Shown here: piece by piece, positions 37,410-41,998 of the stretch
How positions within the stretch are numbered: position 1 is the stretch's first letter
How the letters are laid out: the number at the start of each line of letters is the position of its first letter
From: Bacteriovoracia bacterium
GTDB taxonomy: Bacteria; Bdellovibrionota; Bacteriovoracia; Bacteriovoracales; Bacteriovoracaceae
Direction of reading: 5' to 3'
Length of the DNA stretch: 41,998 bases
Assembly (NCBI GenBank): GCA_046570105.1
Contig: JBKHVI010000021.1
Span: 1 to 41,998 of the forward strand
Notes under the pieces: generated by a model
Told to the model about the DNA's origin: nothing
The model's database searches: none
Seen by the model: only the letters and a program-made list of their open reading frames with translations
Translations under genes and position numbers: made by a program

Positions 37410-38251
37410 AAGATATTATTCAAAATCGATTAGATAATTATTATGAGACCCTGACAGCGGAAAATGAATTGAATGCTCTTAAGGAAATTACTCAAGAAGT
37501 CGCCTTGTATGCTCTCTATAAAGTGGGATTCTTTGAAAAAGCCTGTTTTATAGGCGGTACATGCTTAAGAATCGTTCATGGAATGGATAGATTTTCGGAA
37601 GACTTAGATTTTTCTACCAGAACGATCGATTCTAAATTTGATTTAGATACCTACCTAGAAAAAGCAATGGCAGTTATGAAACCTTATGGGTACGGGCTTA
37701 CCATTGATGATAAAGATCTTAAGGATAAAAGCGTCCAATCGCGATTTCTTAAAGATGACTCCATAAAGAAAATTCTGACTTTTAAGCACAAGCAAGATGA
37801 AAGGCAAAAAATTAAAATCAAAGTCGAGATCGATACGGAACCTCCCATTGGAGCAATTGAGAAGACAGAGTTTATCGACTTTCCCGATGATTTTCAGATT
37901 TTGTCTTATGATATCGCGAGTCTCATGTCAGGAAAGATTCACGCATTATTATGTAGACCCTATATCAAGGGGCGAGATTGGTATGATTTTTCTTGGTATA
38001 TTAAAAACAATCATTCACCGAACTTAAAGCTACTAGAAAATGCCCTCAAGCAATTAGGTCCGTGGAAAGGACAAAGTGTTCAGGTGGATGAAAAATTTTT
38101 AAAAGATGCTTTGATTAAGAAGGTGGTCTCACTTGATTGGGATGATGTTAAACAAGATGTTAGGAAGTTCCTTAATCTCGAAAAAGCAAAATCTTTGGAA
38201 CTTTGGAGTGCTGATTTTTTTGAAAGTAAGATCCATAAACTTAAAATTTAG
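37406..38251 (+). CDS. abiEii: Type IV TA nucleotidyltransferase toxin AbiEii family
   Basis: FIGGTCLRIVHG.DRFSEDLDFS, KIKVEID, KIHALLCR..KGRDWYD. Confidence 0.92.
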   Translation: MKDIIQNRLDNYYETLTAENELNALKEITQEVALYALYKVGFFEKACFIGGTCLRIVHGMDRFSEDLDFSTRTIDSKFDLDTYLEKAMAVMKPYGYGLTIDDKDLKDKSVQSRFLKDDSIKKILTFKHKQDERQKIKIKVEIDTEPPIGAIEKTEFIDFPDDFQILSYDIASLMSGKIHALLCRPYIKGRDWYDFSWYIKNNHSPNLKLLENALKQLGPWKGQSVQVDEKFLKDALIKKVVSLDWDDVKQDVRKFLNLEKAKSLELWSADFFESKIHKLKI

Positions 38252-38265
38252 TTTGGAGTAAAATC

Positions 38266-38318
38266 TCACAACAAGACGATTATAAACAATACAAAGTCCA
38301 AGAGTGGTTTCAGCTTGG
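38266..38318 (+). repeat. Duplicate of the 3' end of the MerR-family gene
   Basis: 38266-38306 is identical to 35974-36014 (41 bp); similarity continues for about 12 bp. Confidence 0.9.
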
Positions 38319-38341
38319 ATTGGTTTTTTTTAGGAAAACAC

Positions 38342-38773
38342 ATGATTAAAAAAAATATTATGTTCCTATGTACCGGCAACTCCTGTCGCTCACAGATGGC
38401 GGAAGGGTTTGCTCGTAAATACTGGGGCCACGATTTTGAGGTGTATTCTGCGGGCACTAAAAAGCACGGCATGAATGAGCGCGCTATGAAAGTGATGCTT
38501 GAGGCGGGCGTGGATATCTCTTCGCACTTCTCTAAAACGACTGATGAGTTACCAAAGGTTAGTTTTAATTTTGTAGTGACCGTCTGCGATGCGGCCAAAG
38601 AGAGTTGTCCCTATTTTCCTGGTGGCAAGATCGTGCATGTTGGATTTCAAGACCCTCCCGCACTGACCAAAGAGATGACGAATGAAGAAGAAATCCTGAC
38701 GGTTTATCGAAGAGTGAGAGATGAGATTGAAGCCGCGATCAAAGTACTCCCTGAACTTTTAGGAAAGGTATAA
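38342..38773 (+). CDS. arsC: Arsenate reductase, thioredoxin-coupled LMW-PTP type
   Basis: [37 protein letters not shown]. Confidence 0.93.
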   Translation: MIKKNIMFLCTGNSCRSQMAEGFARKYWGHDFEVYSAGTKKHGMNERAMKVMLEAGVDISSHFSKTTDELPKVSFNFVVTVCDAAKESCPYFPGGKIVHVGFQDPPALTKEMTNEEEILTVYRRVRDEIEAAIKVLPELLGKV

Positions 38774-39411
38774 TGAAAGCTAAATTTTGGTCAGAGCTTC
38801 TGGGCACAGCTTTTCTGATGATGATCGTGGCGGGATCTGGGATTATGGCGCAAAATCTCTTCCCAGGTCAGAATGGATTGGCCTTACTCGCTAACTCAAT
38901 TGCAACGGGTGCTGGTCTCTTTGTACTCATACAATGTTTGGAACCGATATCAGGTTGCCACATTAATCCAGTCGTGAGCTTGGTTGAGTTTCTTAAGGGA
39001 CGTTTGTCCAAAAAGGATTTCGGCGTTTATGTATGCGCCCAGGTGATGGGAGCTTATATAGGAGTGATTCTGACTCATCTTATGTTTAATCAGGAAGTCT
39101 TTCAGCAAGCCTCAGTCGATAGGTCTGGATTGAATATTTTTATCTCAGAAATTATTGCGACTTTTGGTTTGATATCAGTCATCGCCCTGGCGGGTAAGAA
39201 GCATGTTGAGTTCGCACCGATAAGTATTGCCGCTTATATCACCTCGGCTTACTGGTTCACTTCATCCACTTCTTTTGCCAATCCAGCAGTCACTTTCGGA
39301 CGGATGTTTACGGATACCTTTGCTGGCTTAAATCCTGAATTCTTTCCTATGTTCTTATGTGCTCAGTTGATAGGAGCATTGGCGGCATTCTTATTATTGC
39401 GAAGGTACTAA
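38773..39411 (+). CDS. MIP/aquaporin family arsenite channel (AqpS-like)
   Basis: ISGCHINPVV and YWFTSSTSFANPAVT; coupled to arsC. Confidence 0.88.
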   Translation: MKAKFWSELLGTAFLMMIVAGSGIMAQNLFPGQNGLALLANSIATGAGLFVLIQCLEPISGCHINPVVSLVEFLKGRLSKKDFGVYVCAQVMGAYIGVILTHLMFNQEVFQQASVDRSGLNIFISEIIATFGLISVIALAGKKHVEFAPISIAAYITSAYWFTSSTSFANPAVTFGRMFTDTFAGLNPEFFPMFLCAQLIGALAAFLLLRRY

Positions 39412-39947
39412 CTGCCGTGAATCTTATCACGATTCACTTCTCGTACGAGCACTTTACCGTTCTCGACATCAAAGAGGACGCGCACATCGCCGTTCAAGCG
39501 CACAGAGTGAGCGTTCTTACCAAACTGAGGAAGGCGCTCCATGTGCCAGCTGCCAGGGTTTTTATAAAAGGCCTGAAGGCCGTCTGGCCCTTGAATGGTT
39601 TCTAAGAAGACATCATAGCGACGCTTCAGGGCAGGTTGGAGTTTTTGAATATCGGCATGAGCGCGTTTGTGGTGATTAAGTTCGATGCGACTGGTGCGAA
39701 CGGGTGCTGTGATCGCCGCTCGTTTGCCACCAAAACTTGGATTGTGTTTGCGCGCTAAAGCTAAAATGGCTTCTTGTGAAGGAGTACCACGTGAAGCGAG
39801 TTTGCTGTATTCATCCCAGAATTTGGCGTTACTCGCGAGAGCTTTATCGCTCATAGCATCGGCCAGCCAGCATTTGCCAGCGTGGACACTCAGACTCAAG
39901 CTGAGAAGCAGAGCAATTAAATTAAAGCGAGCATTGCAAAAGTTCAC
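39408..39947 (-). CDS. Signal-peptide protein with C-terminal RelE/HigB-like domain
   Basis: LIALLLSLSLSVHA signal; KRAHADIQKL...WHMERL...HSVRLNGDVRVLF. Confidence 0.55.
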   Translation of the reverse strand: MNFCNARFNLIALLLSLSLSVHAGKCWLADAMSDKALASNAKFWDEYSKLASRGTPSQEAILALARKHNPSFGGKRAAITAPVRTSRIELNHHKRAHADIQKLQPALKRRYDVFLETIQGPDGLQAFYKNPGSWHMERLPQFGKNAHSVRLNGDVRVLFDVENGKVLVREVNRDKIHGS

Positions 39948-40896
39948 GGGCCAATCCTTCAGCTTGGTGCGGGGGAAGTTGTCGTGTCATTCGAGTCAGT
40001 TCACTGAGCTTTTCCACCAGTGATTTAAATTTTAAGGTGAGGCCCGGCACTGCACGAGCAAAACTAGCAGGTCCCAAGATGAGCGCCTGCGCAGCACTTC
40101 CCAGTGTCACTCCTGCCATAGCACAAATCAGTTCAGCCTTAAGACTTGGCGAAAAACCACTCATGCGCGCGAGCATATGAGTCACTTCTGATTTGAGATT
40201 AAGAATAATCTCTCCAAAGGCAGACATACCTTGTTTGAACTCACGCCACACTGCCATGGGTTCGGTGGCCAGTCGTTTGTAGAAGTCGAGAGATTGCTTG
40301 AGGCCTTCGGTGAGTGCTTGTGCACCAGTCGCCAGACAGTTGGCAATTTGCGCAGTCATCTCGCGAGCTGAGAGGGATTGCGAGAGTTCAACTAGGGGAG
40401 CAGCGACTTGATGAATGGAGTGACAATCATTGGCGTACGCTTTAGGAAAAAGCACATCCCAGAGTTTCACGCTTGAGCGCTGATTGATCCAAGGCGAGAG
40501 AAGGTGAGTGAGTTCCTGAGAAGTCATGCCTTGAGCAACCGCCAAGGCCCAGACTCCATGAATGCGAAAATGCACTACCGTAAGATTTTCTGATTTCACT
40601 TCAATCAACTCACCCTCTTTGAAACCCACGGGAGTGAGGCCAAATTTCAGTGACACCATCTGTTTCAAATTCGTTGAGTGATAGATCTGATCAAAGGGCA
40701 GTCCCAGTTTTCTAAAATTAGTCCCTGGGTAACTGGCAAAATCTTGTGCTCTCATATGCTCACTGACTTGAAGAGCCTCATAACTTGAGAAGGCGAGCAG
40801 CTCTTCTGGCTCAAACTCATAGCGAGGCGAAGACTGAGCGAATGAGTCTGTGAAATTGAGGCAGATGATGAAGAAGGCAAGAAGCCAGGCGCGCAT
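39922..40896 (-). CDS. Secreted hypothetical protein
   Basis: Signal peptide from ATG 40896 (track start 40926); overlaps the downstream gene. Confidence 0.7.
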   Translation of the reverse strand: MRAWLLAFFIICLNFTDSFAQSSPRYEFEPEELLAFSSYEALQVSEHMRAQDFASYPGTNFRKLGLPFDQIYHSTNLKQMVSLKFGLTPVGFKEGELIEVKSENLTVVHFRIHGVWALAVAQGMTSQELTHLLSPWINQRSSVKLWDVLFPKAYANDCHSIHQVAAPLVELSQSLSAREMTAQIANCLATGAQALTEGLKQSLDFYKRLATEPMAVWREFKQGMSAFGEIILNLKSEVTHMLARMSGFSPSLKAELICAMAGVTLGSAAQALILGPASFARAVPGLTLKFKSLVEKLSELTRMTRQLPPHQAEGLARELLQCSL

Positions 40897-40951
40897 AGAG
40901 ATACAATCGGTTAAGCTCAGGCCCATCTTAAGGTAAAACGAAGGTCTAAAG

Positions 40952-41992
40952 CTATTTAACCGAGTATTTCCGTGCTCGCGTCAGGCCAGTTACGCGTATT
41001 TTTTTGCTTTTCACTAACTCTGAGAGATCGCGCTCGATTGTTCGTTTAGGAACGTCGGCAAATGCTTGGTAGATTTGAGCCGAGCTGATTTCTGGTTTGG
41101 CCTTGATAAACTTGATGATTTTATCATGGCGGGCCGCCGGTGTTTTTCCTGCCACTTCTTTCATAATATGCTTCGCCTCTTTGACGACTTCAAGCGAGGA
41201 GTCCATAAAGCACTCTGCCATAAATTCAATAAAGGGACTGAGTCGTTCAAGTTCGCGAGATTGGCGGATTGTGAGGTAGTAGCGTTCACGTTGGGCCATA
41301 ATACTTGTTTCACTGGGAACGAATTGCGCGATGTTTTCGCCGCGTTTAAGTAAAAGGTAATGCTGCAAGAGTCTGACTGTTCGTCCATTGCCATCGGCAA
41401 AGGGATGGATCGCGACGGTGATGAAATGACAAGCAAAGGCGACTGCAAAAGCATTACGGCCTTGATTCTCTTGAATCCATTGCAGCAACTCTGTCATCAA
41501 GTGAGGCAGATCGTAGTGGGGGGGGCACTCTTCAATAATCTCTTTCGTGATGGAGTTAATGATGCTGGCAGGCCCTGTACGTAGTGCTCCACAGAGATGA
41601 GGGGGGAGCTGTCCTTTGACTACTAGTTTTTGGATGTCGCAGATATCACGCAGACCCAAAGGGCGAGAGTCTTGTGCCAGTGTCTGCACATAATTAATCG
41701 CTTCGTGGTAGTTTTGTACTTCTGCCACATCCACACTATCACCTTTCACTTTTTTCCCGGCAATGAGTGCGGTGACATGCTCTTCTGCTAAGTGATTACC
41801 TTCAATTTGATTGGAGTACGTGATCGCTCTGATTTTCGCCTTACGAAGTAGTTGAACTTCGAGTGGAGTTCCAATTGATTTTTCCAGGAATGGTTTTTGT
41901 TCAGCGATGCTCATCAAGAGCCCCACCAATTTATCGGTGAGTTCAATTTGCGCTGGTATTTTATACTTGGCCAAATAGGGGTAGGTGCTCAT
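40952..41992 (-). CDS. Fic family protein with C-terminal winged HTH
   Basis: SNQIEGN, IHPFADGNGRTVR, VPKRTIERDLSELV. Confidence 0.93.
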   Translation of the reverse strand: MSTYPYLAKYKIPAQIELTDKLVGLLMSIAEQKPFLEKSIGTPLEVQLLRKAKIRAITYSNQIEGNHLAEEHVTALIAGKKVKGDSVDVAEVQNYHEAINYVQTLAQDSRPLGLRDICDIQKLVVKGQLPPHLCGALRTGPASIINSITKEIIEECPPHYDLPHLMTELLQWIQENQGRNAFAVAFACHFITVAIHPFADGNGRTVRLLQHYLLLKRGENIAQFVPSETSIMAQRERYYLTIRQSRELERLSPFIEFMAECFMDSSLEVVKEAKHIMKEVAGKTPAARHDKIIKFIKAKPEISSAQIYQAFADVPKRTIERDLSELVKSKKIRVTGLTRARKYSVK

Positions 41993-41998
41993 AGGGTT

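Larger units (their letters stand above)
34884..39411. mobile_element. Genomic island C (arsenic resistance + AbiE); right boundary not determined
   Basis: Begins with the same left-end sequence as island A; no further att copy found in the window. Confidence 0.5.

Noticed and set aside
38252..38266. Matching palindrome closing the AbiE module
   Set aside because: No recognisable copy of the 27-bp palindrome on this side, so AbiE is not shown to be a bracketed cassette.
6000..41584. Numerous 60-190 aa ORFs antisense to or nested in long genes
   Set aside because: They overlap well-supported CDSs and lack motifs; treated as shadow ORFs.

Overview
A 42-kb accessory region that appears to be a tandem array of genomic islands inserted at repeated copies of a tRNA 3' end (CCCGTCACCTCCA; T-arm, G1-C72/G2-C71 and U73 suggest tRNA-Cys). 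Copies lie at 746-773, 14868-14888 and 34871-34883, with a degenerate copy at 14723-14732. The intact tRNA gene is not in the window. Left of 773 is the right end of an upstream, probably phage-like element. Island A (774-14732) carries Zn/Cd/Co resistance: an RPP-ending leader, czcC, a miniature czcB-like gene, czcA, cadA/zntA and two DUF3703 genes. Island B (14889-34883) carries a divergent CsoR-controlled copper regulon including a Cyc2-like cytochrome-porin, a diheme cytochrome, YceI and a multicopper oxidase with a barrel-like C-terminus, plus Csp, a DDE transposase and a HigBA-like TA pair. Island C (from 34884) carries a MerR-type-regulated arsenic operon interrupted by an AbiE TA module. 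Islands A and B share a scaffold (terminator, TTGGCTA repeats, XRE gene; a Gly-tailed ORF plus transposase; a 27-bp palindrome), but no tyrosine or serine integrase is encoded in the window. The style of the secreted proteins suggests a Bdellovibrionota/Bacteriovoracia-like host (inference only). All family assignments come from motif recognition by eye, not from database searches.
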